A DNA stretch of 20,969 nt, from assembly GCF_006345805.1 (NCBI RefSeq), contig NW_021823811.1:1-20969 (forward strand), written 5' to 3'. Shown piece by piece: positions 11,116 through 20,969 of this stretch. The notes below the pieces were generated by a model. It saw only the letters and a list, made by a program, of their open reading frames with translations, was not told the DNA's origin and did not search any database. The stretch's first letter is position 1. Every line of letters starts with the position of its first letter. The translations under genes and the position numbers were made by a program. Source of the stretch: Octopus sinensis. Taxonomy: Eukaryota.

Positions 11116-13084
11116 AGCGCGCGCGTGAGTGTTTTCTCAAAGAAACTTCTCATTAAATATTTTGAGCTTATTTTTTTTTCTCGTTTTCTTCATTTACCGT
11201 TTGGTTACCTTCTGGCATTCTGGTTCTCCTATTTATTTCTGTACAAAATTATTTTATCTCTATTTATTGTCTCATTTATCCCAAGAGAATATGAGAATCT
11301 GTATTTCAATTAAGAAAACCAAAAGTTGTTGTTTTTAAATAATATTCGATGTTTCTGTTTTCGGACTTTTTTTTTTTCTGGTAACTTTTTACTCAATGTT
11401 GGAATTTTCCGTTCTGAAATCTACATTCAGCATTAACAACAATTCAATTTACCATCTTCGTATAGGTAGAATCAGAACAGAATGTATTGTTTTGGCAAAT
11501 ATATTGCATTTAATGTTTGTTGTTATTAACTTCGTTTTGAATTACTCTTCCTGACAATTTTAATGAATAAAACTTAGAAATCTGTGGAAGCCCGTCGAAT
11601 TGAGATGTTGGGAACGACTGCTCCATGGAACAGCTTCGGCAAAAGATTAGCATGTATCTCTCTCTCTTTCTCTTTGGACACTTAATTTTCCAATCAATAA
11701 TTTATTATCGTGTTTCATTTCTCTCGGCGATATATGCCATTTCCAATATATATTTTATCGGTTTAAATACATGCACGTGTGTATAATCATCAGCTAAATA
11801 ATGTAACTGTGTGTATGTGCGTGTGTGTGTGTGTGTGTATGTTTGTATGTATATCTTCGATAATAACCTAGCATAAGCTGGACGAAAGATCAAGTATTGA
11901 CCGAGTGTCTCCTCAATTTCGAATAAATAATTATTTAAATGATTAAATACGTACATAAATAAATATCAATATCATATGTAGCGAGTACTTTTTCTTTCGT
12001 CTGTCCATTCAAATGTGTATGTATGCATATACACAGACATTCGTACATACATTCATATATATATATATAGGTGTGTGTGTGTGTGTGTGTATTATTCTTA
12101 AAATAAGAGGATATCTTAGAACATAAACAACTGTATTAGGTGGGTTCGTTCCGTGAACAGAACACGCACACAGGTTGTAATTCACATCTTTGTTGATTGA
12201 TTGACTTTTAAGTTTCTCATTACCTTTTTAAGTAATCCGCCATGACACATCGCTTGATATTTCATATCTGGATTTAAGGACGAGATGACAAAGTACCGCG
12301 AGCTGGTGCATTATACGCCTCCCTAAAGATTTGTGACGACATTTTTGAGGAGGCGCAACCCACAGGTCACGGTGAAGAATATTAATAACAGTGTCGGTGT
12401 TTGGAGCTTTGTTACTTTTGTGGCATAGTTCAGACAGATGTTAAGCGCTGAGGTTCCAAGGAGCGATACGTGGTCAGATGGAGGAGTGCTGCATAGACAT
12501 GCAAGCTATGAATACCCTCAAACTACAGAGGCCCATTCTGGAGCTGTACTCAGTCACGGGTGCAGAAAGGGATGCTATAACACTTGAAGTGCCGGACAGA
12601 AGTCCCAGTTGTACGTATGACAATAAGGGACACTAAAGAGTTTTCTGCCTGGAAGAAGTCGAAAGACTAAGAAGAGCGCAAGAAAAACTGCAACAGCGAT
12701 AACAGTGAAGTGAGGCTGCTATGGTAAGTCGTATGAACAGAGGAACATGAAGCTGACAGCAAGAGACAAGAATCAGGGTATCTTTCCCTGAAGTGAAATC
12801 CCATCATCAAAGGATGATAGGAATGAAATGGGGACTGGGGAAGAAGAAACAAGTTGTCACGTGAATGGTAAGAGAAGAAGTAAAGGAAAACAAAATCAAG
12901 CAGAATAAATAAAAAGGGTCCAATACCCACAAGGTCTGTCAACTTTGGAGAGGTCCGGAAAAAAACGAAGAATTTGCTTTCAATTAATTGTTAAGCTTAG
13001 ACAAGCAACGTCCATCGGACTCGAGATAAGGGATCAATGGTATTCACATCCATAAGACAGACTTTTTGATAAAGGCTATATTGG

Positions 13085-13400
13085 TAGTCTACGGACGTTT
13101 CAAGAATTATGCTACAGTGGATATAATGCCCTTCACGGTTCGGTTGACGCACACACACTTAGAGGCACTTTTGCATGTACCAGCTTCCAGTAAATAGAGT
13201 GAAAGCTGATTTAAGCTATAGGAATCTTTGATCCAATGTAGGTGTTTGTTTCTCAGGATGTGTGAGTGAGATCCCTTGACTGATATCTGTTTAAAATTAT
13301 TCTGTGTGTGTCTATAATTATCAAATTAGTATGCGTAGTGTTTTCGTGTAAATTAAGAACTTTTAACGTTCTTAAAAACTTTAGCCAATATCGTATAAAT
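13085..13400 (-). mobile_element. Possible decayed Penelope-like element 3' end (GIY-YIG C-terminus plus degenerate hammerhead)
   Basis: Frameshifted ISVKGSHSHILRNK...DSYSLNQLSLY loosely resembles the PLE IKE.LHI...P.LN motif; a GAAACGTC motif lies downstream on the same strand. Confidence 0.3.
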
Positions 13401-13485
13401 GTCTGTATCACGTTCTTCGTTTTAAATATAACTTTTCTATCCACTTTATGAATAGGCACCAGCGGCAATGTTGTGTTGTTGTTTT

Positions 13486-13695
13486 TGCTGTTCAAAATCT
13501 ATTAAACGTCAATTTAATTAGTAGAAATCTTATCGTTATGTTTGGTGACAACAAGTCTTCTGAAATCTTTAAAATCTTTCTTACGAAGTACAGGATTGCA
13601 CTTTTCCAACATGTCGACAATGCCAGACTCAACTTCACTATCCTTTTCCCTCTTACGAAGTAGTTTTGGATGTTATGCTGTCTACACCAGTTCTC

Positions 13696-13697
<2 letters not shown>
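13486..13697 (-). mobile_element. R4/Dong-clade LINE 3' end, 5'-truncated and decayed
   Basis: Frameshifted IGVDSITS/KLLRKR...GIVDM/WKSAILYFVRKILKI corresponds to the REL C-terminus IGALG...LQK.A.L..ARI; paralogous to 13831-14045. Confidence 0.6.
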
Positions 13698-13788
<91 letters not shown>

Positions 13789-13830
13789 TATCATTATCAT
13801 TATTATTATCATCATCATCATCATCATCAT
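13697..13830. repeat. (TTA)n/(TCA)n microsatellite between two LINE ends
   Basis: Read directly. Confidence 0.95.
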
Positions 13831-14045
13831 TGCTGTTGTCATACAAAACGTTAATTTAATTAGTAAAGATTATCGTTAGATTTGGCGACAACAAGTCTCT
13901 TCAAATCTCAAGAATGTTTATCGAGATTCTTGCGGAGTACAGAATGGCATTTTTCTGCAAAGAGACGGTAAGTGGCTCAGTTCTCATTCTGCCTCTTCGG
14001 TAACAGCTTGGTGTTGTGTCGTGTGCACCAATCATTCTTGGCCAA
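13831..14045 (-). mobile_element. R4/Dong-clade LINE 3' end, 5'-truncated and decayed
   Basis: MIGAHDTTP...SLQKNAILYSARISINILEI* on the minus strand; nucleotide similarity to 13486-13697. Confidence 0.65.
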
Positions 14046-14082
14046 TGAGGGTCATCCGAGGCAGGGATATTGCTAGTTGAAA

Positions 14083-14235
14083 ATTATTATTATTATTATT
14101 AGTAGTAGTAGTAGTAGTAGTAGTAGTAGCATTAGTAGTAGTAGTAGTAGTGGTAGTAGCAGCAGTAGTAGTAGTAGCAGCATTAGTAGTAGTAGTAGTA
14201 GTAGTAGCAGCAGCAGTAGTAGTAGTAGCAGCAGC

Positions 14236-14267
<32 letters not shown>

Positions 14268-14277
14268 CAGCAGTAAC

Positions 14278-14323
<46 letters not shown>
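14083..14323. repeat. (ATT)n-(AGT/AGC)n microsatellite
   Basis: Read directly; explains the poly-Ser ORF 14077-14355. Confidence 0.95.
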
Positions 14324-14516
14324 ATTTAGTTTCATGTTTATTTCATAAGAGTTGATGTTGATTTCTTTGCTCAAAATATTACAAGTAAATAACTCGGAGG
14401 ATTGGTTTTGCGTTTTAAATGAGGAGAGGTTTTCGATTGGAAACCCCGGCGGAGACACATTTTTGCCGGTAAATCTAAAAAGCCACCAGCAAAACCTAAA
14501 TCCTCACACACATTAA

Positions 14517-14531
14517 CGCGCACTCACACAG

Positions 14532-14584
<53 letters not shown>

Positions 14585-14657
14585 GACACGCACACACACA
14601 CACATACACACACACACGCAGACATTTACACACACACATACACACGCTCGCACACGC
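14517..14657. repeat. (CA)n microsatellite
   Basis: Read directly. Confidence 0.95.
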
Positions 14658-14934
14658 AGAGAGAGATATGTCTCATAACTCAGCCATATATTTCTCTATC
14701 TAATAATGGTGTCTTTAATAGTTATTTCCATTTCCTATTAGCAGACAATAAGCACACAGCAATTGAATAACAAATCTGCTTCGCTCCAATAAGAAGCTGC
14801 AATTACAATGAATTAAGTATCGAAGTGAGTTTCTAGACGACACAGAATATATTTCGATTCGAATAACGGGGTGCAGCGGTAGAAAAGTTAGAGTATTAAG
14901 CACATAGCAAGTGGGGTGGCGGCGTGGGAAGAAG

Positions 14935-15122
14935 GACAGACAAACGGATTAAGTCAATTACATCGACCCCAGTGCGTAGCTAGTACTTAATTTATCGACC
15001 CCGAAAGGATGAAAAGCAAAGTCGACATCGGCGGAATTTGAACTCACAACGTAGCGGCAGACGAAATACCGCTTAGCATTTCGCTCGACATGCATAATGT
15101 TTCTGCCAGCTCCTCGCCGCCT
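14935..15122 (-). mobile_element. tRNA-derived SINE family B
   Basis: Close match to 8930-9110 (gacagacaaacggattaagtc...ttctgccagctc). Confidence 0.92.
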
Positions 15123-15490
15123 TTGAGAAGCAATTGCCTCGGCGCGGTAAAGATTCGGCCAGCTCACAAACTTGATGACAGGTAATATTAGACTTGGTAA
15201 GCAAAACGAGCGAAAACTGTCACGAAGGATATCTTAAGATTAATGAGATGGAGGGTGACAGACTGCATCGACGGCAAAGAAACGAATGAAGGAGAAAAAG
15301 AAGTCGAGAAAGAAAGGAAGCGAAGAAGGGGAGGAGGAGGGGAATGAGGAGAAAGTGTAGAAGAAAAGAAGAAGGATGGACAGAACGAAGCGATGTAATT
15401 ATTTCTATGTTGTAGTTTTAATTGATCGACGTCCAACGATTGCGACTTTTGAATGGCCAAGTCCACCAAGTAACTATAATACTCAATGTA

Positions 15491-15590
15491 CTCTTACTCT
15501 CTTCTACTGTGGTTTATTTCATTGGACTGCTGCCAAGCTGTAGCAACAGCTTCAATGCTTTTCAGTCAATCCTATTTGACTCCAGTAAAT
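15491..15590 (-). mobile_element. SINE family A tail, degraded
   Basis: ctcttactct...attggactgctgccaagctgtagcaacagc resembles 16621-16690. Confidence 0.55.
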
Positions 15591-15599
15591 TGAAGGAGC

Positions 15600-15665
15600 T
15601 CGGCTTAGTGATAAGGAGTATTCGGCTCACGATCACAAGGCCGTGAGTTCGATTCCTGGCGGTGT
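15600..15665 (+). mobile_element. tRNA-like SINE head
   Basis: ggcttagtgataagg (A box) and gagttcgattcct (B box); no acceptor stem, so not a tRNA gene. Confidence 0.7.
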
Positions 15666-15684
15666 GTAGCGATGTGTATATATA

Positions 15685-15743
<59 letters not shown>

Positions 15744-15834
15744 AATTCATAATTTACAAGAAAACAAAAGACGAAGTCGGGTGTGTAAACAACAAACAGA
15801 TGTATTAGTTTAACGCTCGGGAAGTGAGAAAGTC

Positions 15835-15867
15835 TTTTACGTTTCGAGCGGAGCTCTTCGTCAGAAA
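15835..15867 (-). ncRNA. Putative minimal type I hammerhead ribozyme motif in a Penelope-like remnant (~15745-15930)
   Basis: Minus strand reads UUU CUGACGA A GAGC UCC GCUC GAAA CG UA AAA: both core boxes, a 4-bp stem II, a palindromic ACGU and a 3-bp stem I. Confidence 0.5.
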
Positions 15868-15945
15868 CATAGGAAAAGGAAAGATCCAAGGAAGGGAAGA
15901 CGCAGGAAAAAAATCGCCAACGATACACACGCTGTACATACAAAC

Positions 15946-16009
15946 GTGTGTGTGTGTGTGTGTGTACACATATATAGCTAAATGGAGAGATATATAGCTA
16001 AATTGATAG

Positions 16010-16093
<84 letters not shown>
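15946..16093. repeat. (GT)n/(GATA)n microsatellite
   Basis: Read directly. Confidence 0.95.
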
Positions 16094-16159
16094 GAGAGCT
16101 TATATATACAAATATGAATGCACATACTCACGCATGCGCGTGCATGCAGGCACGCACAC

Positions 16160-16295
16160 CTAACGGTCTTCGGCACAGTTTCTGTTTACCCAATTCCGCT
16201 CAGAATATGTCTTCTCATCGTTACAGTAGAAGACACTGACTCACCCGAAGGTGGTACCTTTCAGTCGAATGAAACCCGGAACCACGTAGCGACGC
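16160..16295 (-). mobile_element. SINE family A 5' part, degraded
   Basis: cagtttctgtttacccaattccgctca...gaagacac...gaaacccggaaccacgt resembles 16880-16985. Confidence 0.6.
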
Positions 16296-16620
16296 ATTTC
16301 TGCATCCTTCGGCTACGACAATAATATCTAATAGAGACAAGGAACCCAGTTTAACAGGAAACTCTATGAGATAAAGAACTAAACGATTAGAATTGCTGGT
16401 GGCCATTATGGATTTATTCTATAGAAAAGCAGAATGAATAAATACAAATGCAATAATTTGTATTTGAGAGATTCTTAGAAGTTAAATTCTTAGAAGTTGT
16501 GACTAGCGATATGGTTAAAATGTCCGTTTCTCATACAAAAAAAAAGATTGAGTTTCAATCCTGATGCTTGGTACATTAGAAAAGTGTTTGATACCATGAA
16601 CCGTGATCACCGAATATATT

Positions 16621-17029
16621 CTCTTTACTCTTTTACTTGTTTCAGTCATTTGACTGCAGCCATGCTGGAGCACCACCTTTAGTCGAGCAAATCGACCCCG
16701 GGACTTATTCTTTGTAAGCCCAGTACCTATTCTATCGGTCTCTTTTGCCGAACCGCTAAGTGACGGGGACGTAAACACACCAGCATCGGTTGTCAAGCAA
16801 TGCTAGGGGGACAAACACAGACACACAAACATATACACACACACTTATATATATATACATATATACGACAGGCTTCTTTCAGTTTCCGTCTACCAAATCC
16901 ACTCACAAGGCATTGGTCGGCCCGGGGCTATAGCAGAAGACACTTGCCCAAGATGCCACGCAGTGGGACTGAACCCGGAACCATGTGGTTGGTTAGCAAG
17001 CTACTTACCACACAGCCACTCCTGCGCCT
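16621..17029 (-). mobile_element. Full-length tRNA-derived SINE family A (~410 bp) with an internal (CA)/(TA) microsatellite
   Basis: Sense head GGCGCAGGAGTGGCTGTGTGG (A box)...GGTTCAGTCCC (B box), internal dinucleotide tract, tail ending in GTAAAAGAGTAAAGAG; several partial copies in the window. Confidence 0.93.
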
Positions 17030-17126
17030 ATTATGGAGTTTGGTTGACAAAAATCTTTGCGGAGCCCCACCGTAGGAAGGCTACACCTACAACGTGACTC
17101 TAAACCGGGGAAACGAAATGTGAGTT

Positions 17127-17161
<35 letters not shown>

Positions 17162-17380
17162 AGAGAGATTACTTGTCCCTGTTGTTCAGGGTCGTAGAAA
17201 ATTTTTAGGGTTGCTAAGCAGTTAGCCCTCATATTTCAAGATTTTGTTTCTTGGAATTCTGTGTTCTTTGTTTTCGTTAATTCCCTGAAGCTAATAAAAG
17301 AAGCAGCTACAACATAACAACAACAACAACAATAATAATAATTATTATTATTATTGTTGTTGTTGTTATTATTATCATTT

Positions 17381-17545
17381 TATCACAGGTTTTGTTGGAG
17401 ATCCTGGAGTCCTACATGCGTAGCGAGCTTACTACCTGCAGCCTACGGTACAATGATATCCGTTCTTTTCAGCTCTCTAATTATTACCTGATTATTCTGG
17501 CCGTGCCAACGAGGCAAACCTTTTGTAACGACTGGGCACTCTATT
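17381..17545 (-). mobile_element. R4/Dong-clade LINE 3' end (another subfamily) with 3' UTR
   Basis: 17528-17484 translates LQKVCLVGTARIIR*, the typical REL C-terminal motif; a ~100 bp UTR leads into an (AAT/AAC)n tail. Confidence 0.65.
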
Positions 17546-17575
17546 ACAATTGATTATTATTATTATTATTATTAT

Positions 17576-18290
17576 TTTCATTAGCATTTTCTTTCAATTC
17601 TGTTTCCATTTCTTGCCAAATGTCTTCCTGACACCTAGAGCAGACAAACGTACTGTATACATTGGTAGGCCATTAAAACAAGCACACCAGATTGTTCATT
17701 TACAGAGTCACGTGATAGAGAAAAAGGGGAGGACAGAGAGAAAAAGGAAAGAATAAAATATAGAAAACTAAACAAATAAAATGAAGGGGAAAAAGGAAAG
17801 AAAATTCACAGCGACGATGCTCTTCTCAATACGTGTGACATACCAATTGAGACAACCTTTTGCACTTCCTGCATGGATGGTAATCCAGGGGTCATTCTTA
17901 AATAATTTTCAGTTCCTTTTTTGATCATTCCAAGTGCTCCTACAATCACTGGTATTGGAACCGTCTTGAGATGTCACATCTTTTCCATTTCGATTAGCAA
18001 ATCTTTATGTTTTCTGAGCTTATCAAATTCTTTTGCCGAGATGTGGTCACAATGTATGCTCATGTCAATCAATAAACAGACTTTATTGCTTCTGGCTTTC
18101 ACAATAATATCTGGTTTATTTGCTTTGATGGTCCGATCTGTACACACTGGAAGTCCCAAAGAATCGTTACATTTTCTCCCTCAGCAGGGTCTTGTACCAT
18201 TTGTCAGTAATTTTGATTTTATAATGTGGGCACATTATCCAATTGGGCAACTCTGTCATGTCTTGAGTTGTACTCGAGGGTACCAGTTTA
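17576..18290 (-). mobile_element. 5'-truncated R4/Dong-clade LINE: decayed restriction-like (PD-(D/E)xK) endonuclease plus 3' UTR, ending in (AAT)n
   Basis: With frameshifts and one stop: EYNSRHDRVAQ...ENVTILWDF..TDRTIKANKPDIIVK...CLLIDMSI...KEFDKLRKHKDLLIE...PVIVGALGMIKK...VLRRASSL* (stop at 17806-08). Confidence 0.9.
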
Positions 18291-18360
18291 TCACTAGCAT
18301 CGATATAATCGACTTTCCTAATTTCAGGCCCCTTTCCTAGAGCTCAAAGGATATTATTAG

Positions 18361-18398
<38 letters not shown>

Positions 18399-18429
18399 GT
18401 TGTTGTTCGGGAGGACAAAAAGCTTCGCG

Positions 18430-18569
18430 GCGTTTCGTTTGTTCAAATCCTACCGAGATCGACTTCCATCTTTTCAGGGCTGCTAAAATAAGGACCTGTT
18501 AAACACTGGCCTTGATGAAATCAACATCCCCACCCCCAAATTACTGGTCTTGTGCCTAAATAAGAAAGG
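18430..18569 (+). mobile_element. SINE family B, degraded
   Basis: gttcaaatcctaccgagatcgactt...ctggtcttgtgcctaaa resembles 8465-8620. Confidence 0.55.
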
Positions 18570-18588
18570 GATATCATTGTTGTTCTCT

Positions 18589-18589
<1 letters not shown>

Positions 18590-18619
<30 letters not shown>

Positions 18620-18711
18620 CTCATCATCATCATCAATCATCATCACCACCATCATCACCATCATCATCATCATCATCATCATCATCACCATCATCACCAT
18701 CATCATCATCA
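18590..18711. repeat. (CAT/CAC)n microsatellite
   Basis: Read directly. Confidence 0.95.
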
Positions 18712-19080
18712 CTGGTCGTCATTATTTTATTTCCGTCTAAATACCTTCCTCTGGGCTGCATACATTTCAATGAATTAATTACTATAATTTCAATATATTT
18801 CCCATTAAACAAGGCAACCACCTAATTCCGTAGCGAAAAGTGCAAAACAGGTCTCCGTAATTATGGTTCCTCCACAACCCCCCACCCCACCCCCGTTCTT
18901 TCTGCTAAAACTGTAACGACTCCTAAATGTCAAAATAACGTTTTTATATCTCTAAAATTAACAAGGCGTTTACAAGAAAACTGCCACCTTACAGAATTTC
19001 CATTATCGATTCCATAGCTACGTTTACAGCCTGTTGCTGCCACTCATAAAGAAATAAGCACATATGTTTCGCTATGTTCT

Positions 19081-19290
19081 ATCTTTTATTTTTCACTCGT
19101 TAGACTGCGGCCGTGCTGGAGTTCCGCCATGAAAAATCTTTTTAGCCCAATGAATTAATCCCAGTATTTATTGTTTTTTTTTTTTTTAGCTTGGTACTTA
19201 TTCTGTCGGTCTTTTTGTCGAACCGCTACGTCACAGAGATGTAAAGACACTAACGCTCGTAGTGAGAGATAAACAAAGGTATACACACAC
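19081..19290 (-). mobile_element. SINE family A, 3' half of a split copy
   Basis: gactgcggccgtgctggag...ggtacttattctgtcggtctttttgtcgaaccgcta is colinear with 16621-16830. Confidence 0.85.
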
Positions 19291-19418
19291 ACACATATGT
19301 ATGTATGTAAGTATGTATACATACATACATATATATATTGTATATATATGTAAATACATATATATATACATACATATATATATATGTATATATACATATA
19401 TAATAATATGTATGTATG

Positions 19419-19467
<49 letters not shown>

Positions 19468-19573
19468 ATATATATATACATAAAATATTATATATATATA
19501 TACATAAATATATATATATATATACATAATATATATATATATATACATACATAAATATATATATTATATATAC

Positions 19574-19616
<43 letters not shown>

Positions 19617-19727
19617 AATATATATATATATATATACATAAATATATAATATTATATATATACACATATATATTAACATACATATATACATACATAGATA
19701 TATTATATATATATATATATATATATA
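19282..19727. repeat. ~440 bp interrupted (TA)n microsatellite
   Basis: Read directly. Confidence 0.97.
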
Positions 19728-20260
19728 AAGGGCGCGGTGAATAAAATAACACTAAATTTATTCAATAAAATCGCCGTTGGCTTCAACCACGGCCCCCAGA
19801 CGACTTTGGGATCTCCTGCAACTCTTCTGAACGGTCTCCATTTTTAAGTTGGTCAATGCTGCCATAATCTTTGCCTTCAGTTCATTTTTGGTTTTACAGG
19901 GAGTTTTGTTGGTCTCTTGCTCAGCTGCGTCCCACGCATAATAATGAAGGGGGTTGCAGTCTGAGGAGTTAGGTGGCCAGATGTTAGGGGTGGTGTGGTC
20001 GCAGAAATAGTCTGATAGCCATGACTGGGTTGTTTTGTGTGTTAACTATCTGTTTGTATTGGAGCTTCCGGCGCGAATGCCAAGCAGTACAGCATGTCGT
20101 TTCCAAATTTCTAGCATATCGAATTGCATCATCGTGCTGGTTTTTCTCACAGACGGTGCCCGACTGACCCTATTATACTGAATAGTCGGCAAAATCAAAA
20201 AAAACCATCGCATGCGCGAAATAAAAAAATACAAAACTGCGACAATTTATCCATCGCACC

Positions 20261-20263
<3 letters not shown>
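19728..20263 (-). mobile_element. Internally deleted Tc1/mariner-superfamily DNA transposon
   Basis: Imperfect TIRs (14/18 match) flanked by TA. The minus strand keeps a putative N-terminus MMQFDMLEIWKRHAVLLGIRAGSSNTN joined at ~20045 to the C-terminus TQSWLSD...IWPPNSSDCNPLHYYAW...[15 protein letters not shown], with the WPPxSPDxNPxD motif degraded (D to H). Confidence 0.9.
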
Positions 20264-20320
<57 letters not shown>

Positions 20321-20373
20321 ATACTATATATATATATATATTATATATAATATATATATATATATAATACACA

Positions 20374-20528
20374 TGACAGGCTTCTTACAGTTTCTGTCTA
20401 CCAAATCCACTCACAAGCTTTAGTCACCCCGAAGCTATAGTTGAAGACACTAGTCCAACGTGCTACGCGGAGTGACTGAACCCGGAACCATGTGGTTGGC
20501 TAGCAAGCTTCTTACCACACAATCATGT
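20374..20528 (-). mobile_element. SINE family A, 5' half of a split copy
   Basis: Colinear with 16867-17025. Confidence 0.88.
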
Positions 20529-20593
20529 CCAATACATATTCTGTAAATTAGTTTTATAGATTTTTAAAATTTTATTCAATTGCCACCGAATTG

Positions 20594-20630
20594 CGACGTT
20601 GCTTTATTTCAAACGTTGTTGTTGTCGTTG

Positions 20631-20661
<31 letters not shown>

Positions 20662-20724
20662 TGTTTCTGCTGCTGTTATTGTTGTTGTTGTTGCTACTGC
20701 TGTTATTGTTGTTGTTTGTTTGTT
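20594..20724. repeat. (GTT)/(GCT)n microsatellite
   Basis: Read directly. Confidence 0.95.
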
Positions 20725-20969
20725 TTTTCCTTTCGAGAAACACTTCCTGATATATATCAGCATACCGGGCTGTCTACATTAAATAACTTCATGCATATTA
20801 TTAAAAAAGAAAGAAAGAAAGAAAGACGGAAAGAAAGAAAGGAAATGGAATAAAATATTGAAAATTTAAGTAGAATTTCAGAACTGTTTCATTCCCAAGA
20901 ACCACCACTTGCAGTGATATACAGCGAGTGCTTCCGACTCTAAATGCGAATTCAACTAATTTGCATTAT

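Noticed and set aside
13530-13660. Attractive minus-strand frame EKCNPVLRKK...RRLVVTKHND suggesting a duplicated host exon
   Set aside because: An alternative frame gives the R4 REL C-terminus (KSAILY..RKIL / LQKNAILYSARI), which explains both copies.
15600-15665. tRNA genes at A/B-box motifs (also 4584, 8405, 10481, 17000)
   Set aside because: No cloverleaf or acceptor stem; the motifs continue into SINE bodies or microsatellite.

Overview
Eukaryotic, AT-rich, repeat-dense window that appears almost entirely non-coding. The tRNA-headed SINE types and the very high microsatellite load resemble an octopus/cephalopod genome (from recall, not a database result). I found no recognisable host gene, tRNA, rRNA or CRISPR; most ORFs in the track are microsatellite translations. 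Supported content: two multi-copy tRNA-derived SINE families, five decayed R4/Dong-clade LINE fragments (four stacked in head-to-tail pairs at (TAA)n), an RTE 3' remnant, an internally deleted Tc1/mariner nested inside a SINE plus a solo matching TIR, a ~200 bp fold-back element, and Penelope-like remnants, one with a near-canonical minimal hammerhead ribozyme core. These are instances of known element classes. The sequence does not demonstrate a new biological system. TE translations and alignments were done by hand, so element boundaries are approximate.
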